The notes beneath the pieces were generated by a model. It saw nothing but the letters and a program-made list of their open reading frames with translations. It ran no database searches and was not told where the DNA came from. Shown here one piece after another: positions 23,883-37,219 of a DNA stretch of 64,000 nucleotides; the first letter of the stretch is position 1, and each line of letters begins with the position of its first letter. Source of the stretch: Zootoca vivipara. Lineage: Eukaryota. The DNA is taken from NCBI RefSeq assembly GCF_963506605.1, contig NC_083281.1, positions 30,876,001 to 30,940,000 of the forward strand, written 5' to 3'. The position numbers and the translations under genes are program-made.

Positions 23883-24416
23883 ACACTATCCTTACATCTT
23901 AGCTTAGCCTACTTAACAGGGTTGTTGTGAGAAAACCATGCGCAGATGGTACCATGCATGCCACCTTGAGTTAATCATAGAATTGTAGAGTTGGAAGGGG
24001 CCTCCAGAGTCACCTAGTCCAACCCCCTGCAATGCAGGAATCTCAGCTAAAACATCCATGACAGATGGCCATCCAACCTCTCCCTAAAAACCTGCAATGA
24101 TCTTTTTTAGGAAGGGCAGGAAGAGTAGTAAGAAATGGCACTGCCATCAGATTCCAGGGATGGAGAAGGATTAAATCCTATTTGGAAAAGTGAATCCATT
24201 GGGATGCATCTGAAGTTGTGTTTGTTTTCTGTTTTTAATGTTCTCATTTTTATAATAATTAAAATACATGCCACAGCTCCTACCACTGTCAATACTATAT
24301 ATAGCCGGTGTGAACTAACACATAAAAATGCAAGAACAGAGAGACCAAGGAAAGAAATAGCACAATTCCACCACCGAAGCAACAGACCAGGCTTGGGACC
24401 ACGTGGCCCTCTAGGT

Positions 24417-24551
24417 CAGGCATCCCCAAACTTCGGCCCTCCAGATGTTTTGGACTACAATTCCCATCACCCCTGACCACTGGTCCTGTTAGCTAGGGAT
24501 GATGGGTGTTGTAGGCCAAAACATCTGGAGGGCCGCAGTTGGGGATGCCTG
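24417..24551. mobile_element. ~136-bp hAT-type MITE
   Basis: TIRs and perfect TSD CTCTAGGT. Confidence 0.8.
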
Positions 24552-25219
24552 CTCTAGGTCATGTTGGACTACAACTCCCATCATCCCTGGCTGCTGATTA
24601 GATTGGCTGGGATTGATGGGAATTGGAGTCAATTGGAGTGCCACAGCTTCCCTACTCCTGCAATAGACCAAAAGACTAACAAGCTGAAAAGTACTACAAC
24701 AGATAAACCTCCATAATGCTCAAGCTGCATTGACATCCAGTATTTTAAAAAATGGTATTTTCTTAATGCGGGGAACCTTATATCCAGTACCATAAATGGC
24801 CCCACAGGCCTTTCTATCTGGCCCTCAGGACTCTCTGCAGACTGTGCCTTTTCTCCTACTAGCCCTGATCCACAGTCTCCTCCAGTTCTTTAGCCTGGCT
24901 GGCACATGCCCTTGAACTGTACAAAAGACTCTGCGTGCTGGGATATGTGTGCAGAAGCCTCTAATTCTGAATGGCTGGACTCCTGAACAAAGATAAGGGG
25001 CACACCTGTTCCCCCACAGGCATATGGCCCTTGGAAGGTTGCCCACAAAGGATTGCAGCCCTCAGGCCGAATCTTGAACAGCAACCATTTCAATACAAGA
25101 CCTTGCAAGATCACCTTCTAAGGAACATCAACCCCAACAAGCCTAACCAGAAGCAAGCATTAGATGATGGAGTTTCTTCCACACAGGATGGGGCCTTCCT
25201 GTTGTTGGCTGTTGTTATT

Positions 25220-25791
25220 GCAGACTGTCTCACCAGAGTGGTGCATGCTCTGGTTATCTCCCGCTTGGACTACTGCAATGTGCTCTACGTGGGGCTACCT
25301 TTGAAGGTGATCCGGAAACTACAACTAATCCAGAATGCGGCAGCTAGACTCGTGACTGGGAGCAGCCGCCAAGACCACATAACACTGGTCTTGAAAGATC
25401 TACATTGGCTCCCAGTACGTTTCTGAGCACAATTCAAAGTGTTGGTGCTGACCTTTAAAGCCCTAAATGGCCTCGGTCCAGTATACCTGAAGGAGCGTCT
25501 CCACCCCCATCGTTCTGCCCGGACACTGAGGTCCAGTACCGAGGGCCTTCTGGCAGTTCCCTCGTTGCGAGAAGCCAAGTTGCAAGGAACCAGGACCTCC
25601 CCGTAAGTGGCGCCCGCCCTGTGGAACGCCCTCCGATCAGATGTCAAAGAGAAAAACAGCTACCAGATTTTTAGAAGACATCTGAAGGCAGATCTGTTTA
25701 GGGAGGCTTTTAATGTTTAATTGATTATTTTATTTTTCTGTTGGAAGCTGCCCAGATGGGCGGGGTATAAATTATTATTATTATTATTATT
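25220..25791 (+). mobile_element. L2-clade LINE 3' fragment
   Basis: Encodes [41 protein letters not shown]...LHWLPV; (TTA)n tail. Confidence 0.85.
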
Positions 25792-27943
25792 GGCACTAGG
25801 AAAGGCTTTTAACTGTGAAAAGGATCAGCCTAAAAGTGTACCCAGAAGGGATGGGGCTATAGGAGCAGCTATGCACTCCTTTTATTTCAGCTTAGATCAT
25901 GCTGGAACGCCTTTTCTGACCATTGTCTCTCTCTGGCCTCACACTAGCAACCTGGCTGGACAGCTCTTAACAGCCTTGTCCTGGAGATTGCCCTAGTCCT
26001 GCTGGACAGCTCCACTGCCTCACCAGTAATTGAGTTCCAGCTTGGTGAGAATAGGGCACTGTGTTGTTGTTTAGTCGTTTAGTCGTGTCTGACTCTTCGT
26101 GACCCCATGGACCATAGCACGCCAGGCACTGCACTTAACAGTTAATTTGTACCTGTGTAGGGTCCTACATTCCTCAGGATTCCTTATTAGTGTTGTGCTC
26201 CAAGCAGCTAGAAGACTGAAGATCCTAGGCAAGACATGGCACAGCCAGGACTGACCATTCCACATGACGCACAAACCAAAGCTATTTTAGAATGTTGCTC
26301 CAGCAACATGTAACCTCAGGCTGAGCCTTAAATAAGGCTGCAGCTCACTCTGGGTGATTTGCTTGACCACCTACTGGAAGAAACTCTTCTGGTTAAAAAG
26401 GGCCTAGCCTGTTTCAGCAGCCATGGACTCTGGCAGTGCAGGGGAGGCAAAGGGGAGCATTTAGTTAGAAAACCACAAGAGGTGAACTATCTTTTCGCCC
26501 CCTTTAAGACTTTTCCTGCTTTAGTACTGGTTCTTCATTTGGTTGACTGGGGGCCATAAAGGGATACACACACAAATGCACACAATCATCTACGATGGAT
26601 TGCATCCCAGTTTTAGGGTTTTCTCTCTCTCTCCTCATAAAACAACCCCTACAAAAACCTTAATACAACTAAATGGCAATCAGGAGAGAGAGAGAAAGGG
26701 GGTGGGGACCCAAAGTGGGTCCTGTCTTGACTATGGCAGAGTCTGGAGGAAGCAAGGTAGAGCGCCCAGCAGGGACAACGGACCAACAAGCAGAGACAGA
26801 GTAGCAACTGGTCATGAACCAGACTCTGGCAACAAGAGTGGTCAGAGACAGCTTCAGAACCCTGGACAGGTCCCATGAAAGAGGCAACTTCTTCCAACAA
26901 GAGCTGGGTTCTTGCATAGTTCCCCAGCTTGGTTACCCTTCCCAGGCTCTGCCCTATTGCTGAAGAATGCAGATACTTGAAAGGGTGGTCCTCTGGCTTG
27001 CCTCTTGTCACATCTCTGCTAACTCTTCAGTCTCAGTAGTACAGGAGGCCCTTAGGATCCTTGTGTAGGGGTCTCCAGTTCAGAAGGTCCCTAGCTGCTG
27101 GACAGGGTCTAGATTCAAATTTACACTTGCTGCCCTGGGGCCCTGAAACCTTGAGCCTTCGAGTGAAAAGCAGGGCTGCCATTTGACAGACGAATGCAGT
27201 TGTGGGCGGAGGTGAAATAGGGAGCAGTTGGGTGGGCAGAGCTGCAAGCCAGCCTGCAGCCCTCGGGTGTATTGAGAGATAATGTGCCATCAATTAGTGT
27301 GGAAGAAAGGTTCAAGTGGCTACCAGTTAGCTACCAGGCTAAGTTCAAAGTGTACTGGTGTACAAAGCCCTATACAGCATTGGAACAGGGTAGCTAAAAG
27401 ATTATCTCACTCATTATACACTCAACCAATCACTGTGCTCTGCAGGAAAGGGCCTCCTGCAGATACCATCTCATCAGGAGGTCCGTTCCGTATGATGTAG
27501 GAATCAGCACTTTCCCACGGTGGCACTTACCCTTTGGAACACCTTCCCAATAAACATCAGACTGCACATTTAAAGCATCATCATACCAGTTTAAGTAGGC
27601 ATGGCTTCCCCCAAAGACTTATAGGAGCTCTAGTTTGTTAAACGTGCCAAGACTTGTTAGGAGGCTCCCACATTCTCTTCCCACGGCTAAAATATTCAGA
27701 GTGGCATAACAATCAATCCCTCTTCCCAGGGAACTCTGTGAATTGTAGCTATGTGAGGGGAATAGGGGGCTCCTAACAACTCTCAGCAGCCTTAACAAAC
27801 TACAGTTCCCATAAGTCATCTGGCTGGGTTTCCCCAGCCCACCCTGAGCAGCTTACAGCAGATCTAAAAATATAATAACTTTGGCTGCTCCCATTGGAAG
27901 GAGCAAACATGAACAGCAGTAGATTTGCCAATGAGCTTCTCTG

Positions 27944-28095
27944 NNNNNNNNNNNNNNNNNNNNNNNNNNNNNNNNNNNNNNNNNNNNNNNNNNNNNNNNN
28001 NNNNNNNNNNNNNNNNNNNNNNNNNNNNNNNNNNNNNNNNNNNNNNNNNNNNNNNNNNNNNNNNNNNNNNNNNNNNNNNNNNNNNNNNNNNNNNN
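27944..28095. other. Assembly gap (152 N)
   Basis: Run of N. Confidence 1.
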
Positions 28096-28211
28096 ATCCT
28101 TCAATGCATTGCAGGGCATTGGACTAAATGACCCTTGGGGTACTTTCCAACTCTACAAATCTATGATTCTGTGGTTTTCTACTTCAATCCCTGAGCAACA
28201 GGTCATCAAAT

Positions 28212-28261
<50 letters not shown>
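28212..28261. repeat. (TTG)n microsatellite
   Basis: Directly visible. Confidence 0.95.
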
Positions 28262-28779
28262 ACTAGTACTACTACCACCATTATTTGAACAAAAATCTAC
28301 AGACGCAGCAGCCCTCCCCCAGCAATAAAGGCAGTAATGAAAGCTTCAGGGGCAACAAATCATCGCTAACAACCAACCACAAACACCATCATAGCCTGTC
28401 AAAAGCCTTGGAAAAGAGGTATGGCTGCTGCCATTGGGTTAAAAAAAACTGCCAGAGACAAGCTAATCCACATCCCTGGCAGCTCCAAAATAGCCATGTG
28501 TAGAAAGGCAGGCACCAAGTGTTGTGCCAGCTGGGAGGCAGGAAAGCAGGAGGAAGGCAGAAGGGGGGGAACAGAGAGGGGGGATTTATACAGGGTGTGT
28601 GGGAGAAGCAGAAGCCCTGCTTTCCCTGCTTTCCCTGCTCCTAAACAGTGCAGAAGAGAAAGGAAATGGACCACTGCTAGGCCTGGTTAGCCAGGGGGGA
28701 AAGCTGAAATGTATCCAGGTCTCCCCCTTCAAAGTGGTTGGTAGATCCGGCAGGCAAATCAGGCAGCTAGCAGTCTGCT

Positions 28780-28974
28780 GATACCCAGAGCATCCTGAGA
28801 GCGGTTCAGCCAAGGAGAGAGAGAGAGAGACACGGAGAGATGCTTTTGTTGGCCATGGAGACTGTCTGGGCACAGTGAAACCCCTTTCCACAGGCAGATT
28901 CTATTCTCACCCCAATCTCACCGGAGAGCACCACAGCGGCAGAACCGGCTCTCCATTTCTTAGCAGTCCATCTG
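28780..28974 (+). other. Candidate non-coding 5' exon of the PKI gene (start approximate)
   Basis: Repeat-free region ending in a consensus donor CTG|GTAAGT (28975-28980). The PKI ATG exon has an acceptor only 7 nt upstream of the ATG, so an upstream UTR exon is required. Confidence 0.4.
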
Positions 28975-30087
28975 GTAAGTGTGCCTGGCTGCTTTGTGCC
29001 CTTGATGTGGAGGAGGCTGGATGGTTTGTGGAGGAAAAGGGGGAAAGGGAGGGATCTGGGAGGGAATGGGGGGAGGTGTTACAGGTGGCTTATGATGGGT
29101 TCTACTATTCTGGATGTATATATGGATCAGTGCATTATTTATCCATCCAGATAGCTAGTGAATGTTCCTTGGGAGTTAAAGAAGAAGAAGAATATGTGTG
29201 TGGGGGGGGGATAGAAAGAGAGGGGGGAGAGAGAAAGAGAGAATTGGCTTCCATGGCCAACTATGGGTGTGAAATGCAAAGAAAATAAACTTTCTAAAAA
29301 CCAAAATATTGTTCACTTGTCATTTCCATCTTTGAAGCCATGTGTGCATTAGCAGGGTTTTTGTGTGTGACAAATACTCCAAGTGGAATGACTGACGTTC
29401 TCATTGTGGTAGTGGTGACAAAAGGAGGAGCCCAGCTGAAACCTCGCCAAGCACACGGGCAGATGGCTCTTTACTATAGTTGTCATCTATTTGCACAAGT
29501 CACATAGTGGAGTCACAGTGGTTGTGGATTGCGACATCGGCTTGGTGAGTTTGGGGTGTGTCTGTGAAGCAATAGGAGAGGCTTCCCTACATATGTATTT
29601 GGTAGAGAAACATGTCTTCCCAGGTGCTTTGATTGCGCGGAGCCTCAGAAACTGGCTTCTGGAGGTCTCCTGTGATTAGGTGCTTCCTTGCAATATCAGA
29701 CTGGAAAGTTGAGGTGAGCAAAGAGAGGGGATTGTGGTATCAGAGCTGAAGATGGAATTGGGTGGCATAATTTTGACACAAAGTCCCTGCTGTTTTCCAG
29801 CATTCATATAAATGGAAAAGACCAGTGTCCGGTGGAAGAACAGCTGCTTTGCATTCGGTCCCAGGTGCAGTCACTGGCAATTCCAGGTAGGGCTGGAACC
29901 CCACCTGAAATCCTGGAGAACCACTTCCAGTCAGTGGAGGCAATGCTAAGCAATGGTCTGACTCTGTACACGGCAGTTTCCTATGTTCCTGAACAGGCAA
30001 CTGCCCTAAGCAATAGCATCATTTTAATCCTATTTCACACACACGGTCTTTCTCAGTACCTCATTTAGGCTCATGTGACCCAAACTT

Positions 30088-30090
<3 letters not shown>

Positions 30091-30162
<72 letters not shown>
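30091..30162. repeat. (TC)n microsatellite
   Basis: Directly visible. Confidence 0.95.
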
Positions 30163-30164
<2 letters not shown>

Positions 30165-32123
30165 GCTTTTCAGCCTGAAATTTTCCAGAGCAAACCCTAG
30201 TTTCAACAATGGGAATTAGCACAGGGGGGAGCCAATATGGTTTCTGTGGGCACCCATACACCCAGAGAGGCCTTTCGTGGTGCCCACAGGGCCACCTCTC
30301 CCCAGTGAAATTAGTAGCCAATAGAATAGGGAGTAGGAGCGATGTGTGTTTGGTTGGGGGTGTGGTGCACAGAAGATAGGAACATAGGAATGTGCCTTAC
30401 ACTGAGTCGGACCACTGGTCCATCTAGCTCAGCACTGTCTACAGCAACTAACAGCGACTCGAACCTGTTACCTTCTGCATGCAAAGCAGATGCTCTACCA
30501 CTGAACCACAGCTCACATGTTGACTATAGTTTGTCTGCTTTGCATATATGCCCATGGGTCCTAAAAGGATAGCAACTCCTGGCCTAGCAGCATCCCTGTA
30601 CTGCATGCCGTGAAAAAGAATGCTTCTCCTCCCCTGCTACTAATCCTCGTTAAACCGAGAGAGCCAATTAAACAAGCCACCTCTGAATTTATGACTGCTC
30701 TACTTTGGAGCGCAGATAAGATTTCTAGCTTCTCCTTCATTACACATTGGCTTTTCGAATTCAGGATGGTGAGCTACATCCAAAAATGTTGTTCCTCAGT
30801 ATGTTTCTGAGGTGTATAAATCGCATACCATCTCTGGTGTTTGTGTGTGTCCATTGTTTCAACAGTGGAAAATAGGTGCTCTCTTGTAGCACACATATCC
30901 ACGTAAATGTTTGTGTGGGCAGTACACACATACATATCTTCGTATATAGATAAAAAAGTAAGGCTGTCATCACGCTGCAGTTTGTGTGTCTGCCAAAAGG
31001 TGGCCAAGCCAACTGCAGCATAATGGCAGGCAGGCATGCGGGGAAGCGGTGCAGGTGGAGAGTGATTTGGTTAGGTGCAAAGGAAAGAGGGGGTGGACAG
31101 GTGCGGTTGGCAAAGGAGTTGACAGGTAGGTAGGATTGGCAAGTAAAGCAAGCAGGGGAAGCAGCCTCATGTGTGTGTGTGAGAGAGGGGGGGATTGAGC
31201 ATTCAGCTAGCATTTGGTGACCCCATTTTTGTGGGGTGGTGGGAGGTTTCTCCTCTTTGATTTATTTTCTCTAAGGTTTGTTTTTTTTGTTTTTTTGTCC
31301 TTCTGAAAACCTTGGGTTTTCCCCAAGCCTGTTGATATGTAATTTTGTGGGTGTGGGTGGTGCTGTTTTGGCTACACAAGCCATGCTGGTTTGGGCTGAT
31401 GGGGGTTGTCTAAACCATTGCAGCGGGGGAGCATCAGGAGGGGGAAAGCTGGTATGTAGAATATTTGGATATGTTTCTACTCGTTCTGATTACAGTTGTA
31501 GGTTAAAACAATGCAGCAACATTTGCTGCCTGGACATGCAGTTATGGGGAGAGGGAGGGTAAAAGGAAAGCGCTACATTGGTAATTGTATTGCTACTGGC
31601 AAATGTAAGGGTCAGTAGGGTGTAGTGGTTGGAGCGCTTGGCTAGAACCTGGAAGACCAGGGTTCAAATTCACATTCTACAATGAAGCTCACTGGGCAAC
31701 TTTGGACCAGTCACTGCTATTCAGCCCAACCTAACACAGTTGCTGTGGGGAGGGTGGGGAGGGGGAGAGACATGCATGCCACCTTGAGCTGCCTGGAAGA
31801 AAAGTAGGCTATAAATGAGGGCTGTGCACCAAATTTGGTGAAAATGCAAACCAAATCAGGCCAAATAATGATCACCCAGAGTAAGGTTGCACTACCAGGA
31901 GAGATCTGGTGTTGTCAGAGAGGAAGGAAAGACATGTAGCTCCAGAGAAGCAGCAAACCCCAGCAGGATTTAATCCTCCCCTCACCCACTGGTATGGATA
32001 GGTTGCAATCCTGCTGTTTCCAGGGTGCTGCTTCTTCAGAATGTTCCTCACAGGCAGAGCCTGGAAGGAAGCAAACCCCAGAAGGATTAAAATCCACCTG
32101 TCTACAGGAAACTCCTTCACAAG

Positions 32124-32475
32124 GTAGGGATGCGGGTGGCGCTGTGGTCTAAACCACTGAGTCGCTTGGGCTTACCGATCAGACACTTGGTAGTTCGAAT
32201 CCCCATGGCAGGGTGAGCTCCCATTGCTCGGTCCCAGATTCTGCCAACCTAGCAGTTCGAAAGCACGCCAAAAAGTGCAAGTAGATAAATAGGTAAACAG
32301 CGCTTCCTTGCGCTCTGGCACTCATCACTGTGTCCCGTTGCACCAGAAGTGGTTTCTAGCTTCTGTGGACGAACGCCGGCTCCCTCGGCCTGAAAATGAG
32401 ATGAGCACCGCAACCCCATAGACACCTTTGACTGCACGTAACCATCCAGGGGTCATTTGCCCTTTTTTAGCCTTT
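32124..32475 (+). mobile_element. Sauria SINE
   Basis: tRNA-like head GGGATGCGGGTGGCGCTGTGGTCTAAACC; TSD ACTCCTTCACAAG at 32111-32123 and 32476-32488. Confidence 0.85.
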
Positions 32476-32983
32476 ACTCCTTCACAAGCACCTTCTCCAA
32501 AGGGAAGGCATTTGCAAAGCAGCACCAGCAGGATCGAACCCTCCTACCTGCAGGGGGGTTCAGGGGGAGAGAAAAACAGTTACTCCTTCTCCCATGTCAG
32601 CAGGGGGAGGGGAACAGCTTACTTGCTCCTGCCCCAGGCCTTGCTTTCTGTTTATAGCAGGGGTGGGGAACCTGCGGTTTTCCAGATGGTGTTGGACTCC
32701 AACTCCCATCATCCCTGACCACTGTCCATGCTGGCTGGGGCTAATGGGAGTTAGAGTCCAACAACATGTGGAGGAACACAGGTTGCCCCATGCCTATTTA
32801 TGTATTTATTTAGGCAATGCATGTGCAACGTAATCACAATGGTCTCTTAAGTGGTGTCCATCAAACTCAACAATACAGTAAAGATAAAATTGGTTAAAAT
32901 TATAAAATCATAGTTTATTCCTTTAGAAATTTGAGGCAGTGGGGCTGAAACATGAAGAATTCTCCCTCTCTCTCTCTCTCTCT

Positions 32984-33018
<35 letters not shown>

Positions 33019-33624
33019 CATTCCCAACCCCCTCCAAAAAAAAACCCAGAAAAGGCAAAATAGAGAAAAATTAAATCTAGTAAGATTAAGAATAATAGGA
33101 GCCATCCTTTGCAAACAAGATCAGTGGGAGCATATGCAACATGGCCTCCAGTGGAACTTTTGCCGCCTTGATTAGTCAATATTTTGACAGTTCTCATGTT
33201 TGGCTGAGAATTATCTCCTCCATTAGAAAGTCTTGTGTTTGAGGTGCAAATTTCAACAGCGGTTAGGGGTGCCGCGGGCAACACTGGCCTCCATCCCTCT
33301 TTCTTTCCTTCCCTCCTCTGGTGCCCTCTTGCGCCTCTGCTTCCCAAAGTCTTGCACAGCTATTTATTGCAGCAGCCCTAGCTATAAGCCCACAGGTGAA
33401 CATTGCCTCTGGGAAGCACCTCTTTTGGGGGCAAGTGGGGGAGCTCAGAGATCAGGGGGCGGCAACAGTGGCTGCCCAGAGGACTCCCAAGGATAGTGGA
33501 GAAGAGAGGAGGCTGAGAGAATACTCCACAAGAGAGAGTGTTTGAAAAGGGGTGAGGGGCTGCCAGCTCTGCAAGCAAAGGGTGACATAACTGGGCCCCA
33601 CAGGGGTGCCACAGAAAGAATGTA

Positions 33625-33875
33625 CAGTGGTACCTTGGTAGTCGAACGACTTGGCTCCTGAGCAAATCGGCTCCTGAAAGCCGCAAACCCGGAAGTGAGT
33701 GTTCTAGTTTGCAAACATTTTTCGGAAGCCGAACATCCGACACGGCTTCCGCAACTTCCAGTTGAGTGTAGGAAGCTCCTGCAGCCAGTTGGAAGCCGCT
33801 CCTTGGTTTTCAAACAGTTTCGGGAGTCGGACAGACTTCTGGAATGGATTAAGTTAGAGAACCAAGATACCACTG
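33625..33875. mobile_element. Tc1/mariner (Tigger-like) MITE
   Basis: TA-flanked CAGTGGTACCTTGGT / ACCAAGATACCACTG. Confidence 0.78.
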
Positions 33876-34562
33876 TAGTTGGTCAAGGGAGCCATGGGCT
33901 CAGAAAGGTTGAAAACCTCTGAGCTAATGGAACGTGCTTAGTTTTGCCATGACCTGATGCATATGTGCCATCTCATGCCAAAGATTGTGGTTCAATGAAG
34001 GGCTTCAAATTTGCCCATTAACTTTGGGAGGAGGGTGCCCAATACCCACAAATATATTATCGTGGGTACCAAAGCACCCACGACCCCCCGGAGTTGGCTC
34101 CAGTGGCCTGCTGACTGTGGTAACACAGGGGTGAGCTTTTCCCTGGTGGCTCCAGTTTTGTGGAATGCCCTCCCTGCCAAAATACGAGCTGCGCCATCAG
34201 TGTTGGCATTCTGCCGGCTCCTCAAGACACACCTCTGGGCAAGCAGCCCCCTGAACTGGACTGAACTTGTGTTTTTATTGTTTTAACTGTTTCTTAATTT
34301 TTTTCAATCGTTATGCTTTTTAACTTTTTGCTTTATCATATATTTTGTTTATTAAAGATGTTTCAGTGTTGTTGTGTATTTTAATTATGGATCAGAGTTG
34401 TGAATGGCTTAGAAACCATTTTATCTTCTGCATAGGACTTGATTGAATATAACCTAAAAGCTCTAAGAACAATAAAATAAATTCAACGAACTCTGAACCA
34501 CCCACACAGACTCTCAAAACAGTTATATCATATATCGAATTGATCTTCCATAAATGACTGGG

Positions 34563-34925
34563 TTACACCTCAGGGGAAAATTCCCTAAAGAAAACTGTTT
34601 TCAGTCTGCGCCTGAACGTCATCACACTAGGCACCTGTTTGATTTCAGCTGGCAATTTATTCCAGAGAACTGGAGCTACAACACTAAAAGCCCAGTTTCT
34701 CGTGCAGGCTAAGCACACCTCTGGGGCATTTGTTACTCTCAGCAGTGCTTCATTTGAGGAGTGCAGCTGCTGGGAAGGGATATAGCAGGAAAGGACTTTA
34801 AATGCTAAAAGCAAAACCTTGAACTGTGCCTGCTAGCATCTTGGCAGCCAGATCAGCTCCTTCAGCAGAGGTGTAACACGGTATCAATGGTGTGCCTTAG
34901 TCAACAATCTGCTGCATTCTGCAAC
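34563..34925 (-). mobile_element. Degenerate L2 LINE fragment
   Basis: Remnant AFSVVAPVLWNKLP...FRRRLKT. Confidence 0.65.
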
Positions 34926-35510
34926 AGCTCTTTGTTGAAGGGTTTTATGCAGATAGTAAAGGCCCAACTATTAGGGATGCTGTAGCAAAAGTGTGGGGAA
35001 CCTTTGGCCATCCAGATGTTGCCGAACTGCAACTCCCATCATCCCTGGCCATTGGCCATGCTGGCTGGGCCTGATGGGACGTGCAGCTCAGGAACATCTG
35101 CAGGGCCGAAAGGTTCCCCTGTGGTAAGCAATTGCAACCCACATCCCGGGAAGTTAGCACTGCAGCTCTGCTGCCCCAGCAAGCTAGGAGATAAAGGACC
35201 CCTGGAGAGTTAAGTCCAGTCAAAGGAGACTATGGGGTTGTGTCACTCATCTCGCTTTCAGGCTGAGGGACCTGGCGTTTGTCCACAGACAGCTTTCCGG
35301 GTCATGTGGCCAGCATGACTAAACCATTTCTGGTGCAATGGACGGAAACCAGAGTGCACTGAAACACCATTTACCTTCCAGATAGACAAAGGGATTAGTT
35401 TCCCCATTAACAGGAGCAGATCACCAGAGCAAGGAAATGCTGGTGGTGCCGTTTAGATCTGCATGGCGGGGGATCTAGCTCACTTAAGCTTTTTCTTCTA
35501 TCCCATCAAG

Positions 35511-35647
35511 CAGGCATCGCCCAAACTTCGGCCCTCCAGATGTTTTGGCCTACAATTCCCATCATCCCTGACCACTGTTCCTATTAGCTAGGGATCATGG
35601 GAGTTGTAGGCCAAAACATCTGGAGGGCCGCAGTTTGGGGATGCCTG
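35511..35647. mobile_element. ~136-bp hAT-type MITE just upstream of the PKI acceptor
   Basis: TIRs CAGGCATC / GATGCCTG. Confidence 0.75.
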
Positions 35648-35715
35648 TCATAAAGGCATGCCAATAGGGGCCCTTGCCTAACTTGGAACTTCCTGTGTCT
35701 TGTTTCAGGGGAAGT

Positions 35716-35860
35716 ATGACTGAGGTGGAGCCTGTGTTAGATTTTGCATCATCTGGGCGCACTGGTCGAAGGAACGCGTTGCCGGACATTCTGGGCTCAC
35801 CGTCTGGCGTCAGTCCCACTGACTTGCCAATGAAACTGGCGGAAATGTCTCTAAACTCAG
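35716..35860 (+). CDS. cAMP-dependent protein kinase inhibitor (PKI family, PKIB-like) coding exon 1
   Basis: Acceptor TGTTTCAG|G at 35708, ATG at 35716 with A at -3, donor CAG|GTAGAT after 35860. Encodes MTEVEPVLDFASSGRTGRRNALPDILGSPSGVSPTDLPMKLAEMSLNS, containing the PKI pseudosubstrate F-x4-R-x2-RRNA-hydrophobic and NES LxxxLxxMxL. Confidence 0.92.
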
Positions 35861-36329
35861 GTAGATAGTGGCCTTATTCTCTTATGCTTCCCATGCCAGT
35901 GGTATCTTTGGCTAATGGATCTGCTCCTCACATTCTTCCTCTGTTATACTGGACTTGTTGGTTTGAACGACCCTAGTACACCCAAAACCTACTCAGTAAT
36001 GAAATCGCCGAACCTGCGACTTCTTGCATGCAAACCAAACGGCTTGTGCAAGGACATGAAAATAGCCTGCTGGATCAGGCCAGTGGCTTATCAAGTCCAG
36101 CTTCCTAATCTCACAGGGTCCAACCAGATGCCTGAAGGAAACCAGCAAGCAGAACATGAGCACAAGAGCCCTCTCCCCTCCCCTGGTTTCCAGCAGCTGT
36201 AACTCAAAAGCATTGAGGCCAACAACTGTGGAGGCAGGGTGTAAATAGCATGCGTAGTAGCTAATGCTAGTCCCCTCCTTCATGAATTTGTCTAATCCTA
36301 TTTCAAAGCCATCCAAGTTGGTGGTCATC

Positions 36330-36843
36330 TGTCAAGGCTTTGGGAAAGCTATTCCTCCCCTGGTTGCAGCAAGAGCAGAGAAGACAAACTGAATCCTTTT
36401 TAGTGAGTTTTATTCAATCCTAATAGTGAGAGACAAAATAACACAACAAGCCTTAACATGGCGTTGCTCCAAACTGGGCTCCTCCTCCCTCCTTCCTGTC
36501 AACAGCCCCTTCCCTTACAGTGGCCACTTGTGGTCAAATGCCTTTGAGTCCTTCGTTCCTGTGCTCCTAACGAACGTCATGTTCTGGGAGAAGGGGGATC
36601 AGAAATACTTTCCAGTGACAATGTGTCAGTTGGCTGCCCTGCCCCAGTCCTACCCCCCCTTCTTCTAACACTGCCTAACTTTTTGTTCGCCTATCTCTGA
36701 GTTGGGACTTCCCTCAGACTCCTCAAACTCCTGCTGTAAATCAAAGCTGCATTCCTCTTCTCCCTCAGAGTCAGAAGAAGGGGGCGGGTGATCTCCACCA
36801 TTCCTCCTCCGCTCTCTCACCCTCTTGAGTCCAATCCCTGACA
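36330..36843 (-). mobile_element. Solo LTR in the PKI intron
   Basis: TGTCA...TGACA termini and 5-bp TSD TCATC (36325-36329, 36844-36848). It splits an older CR1-related repeat. AATAAA on the - strand at ~36409. Confidence 0.7.
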
Positions 36844-37219
36844 TCATCATTGCCTCCTGGGAGAGCAAATTCCATAGTTTGACTATGTACAGTATGAAGT
36901 ACTTTCTTTTATTTGTCCTAAATCTTCCAGCAGCCTAAACCTAGTGTCCTAAACCTTACCCTCAAGCTGCAGCCTTATTCTCCACGGATATTAATTACAT
37001 CATTAAAAAACTATTTCCACTGTAGTAGATGGTGAGATGCATAACACAGGTTTTAGCAGGAGCCAAATTGCAGCAGAATAGAAACAGCGCAGGCCGAGAT
37101 GGAACCTTGTTCCCTCCTTACATCCTTCATTGAAATGCCCTTTTTTTCCCTCTGGCTGCTCCTTCACTGATCTTGTCTCTTTGCTTGACCCTCTCCCCAC
37201 CTCCCCTCCCCAATCCCAG

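Noticed and set aside
24971-25426. 151-aa ORF as a host gene
   Set aside because: Its C-terminal half is an L2 ORF2 remnant ending in a premature stop.
26590-27012. Possible second solo LTR ending TGTCACA
   Set aside because: The left TG terminus and TSD could not be matched.
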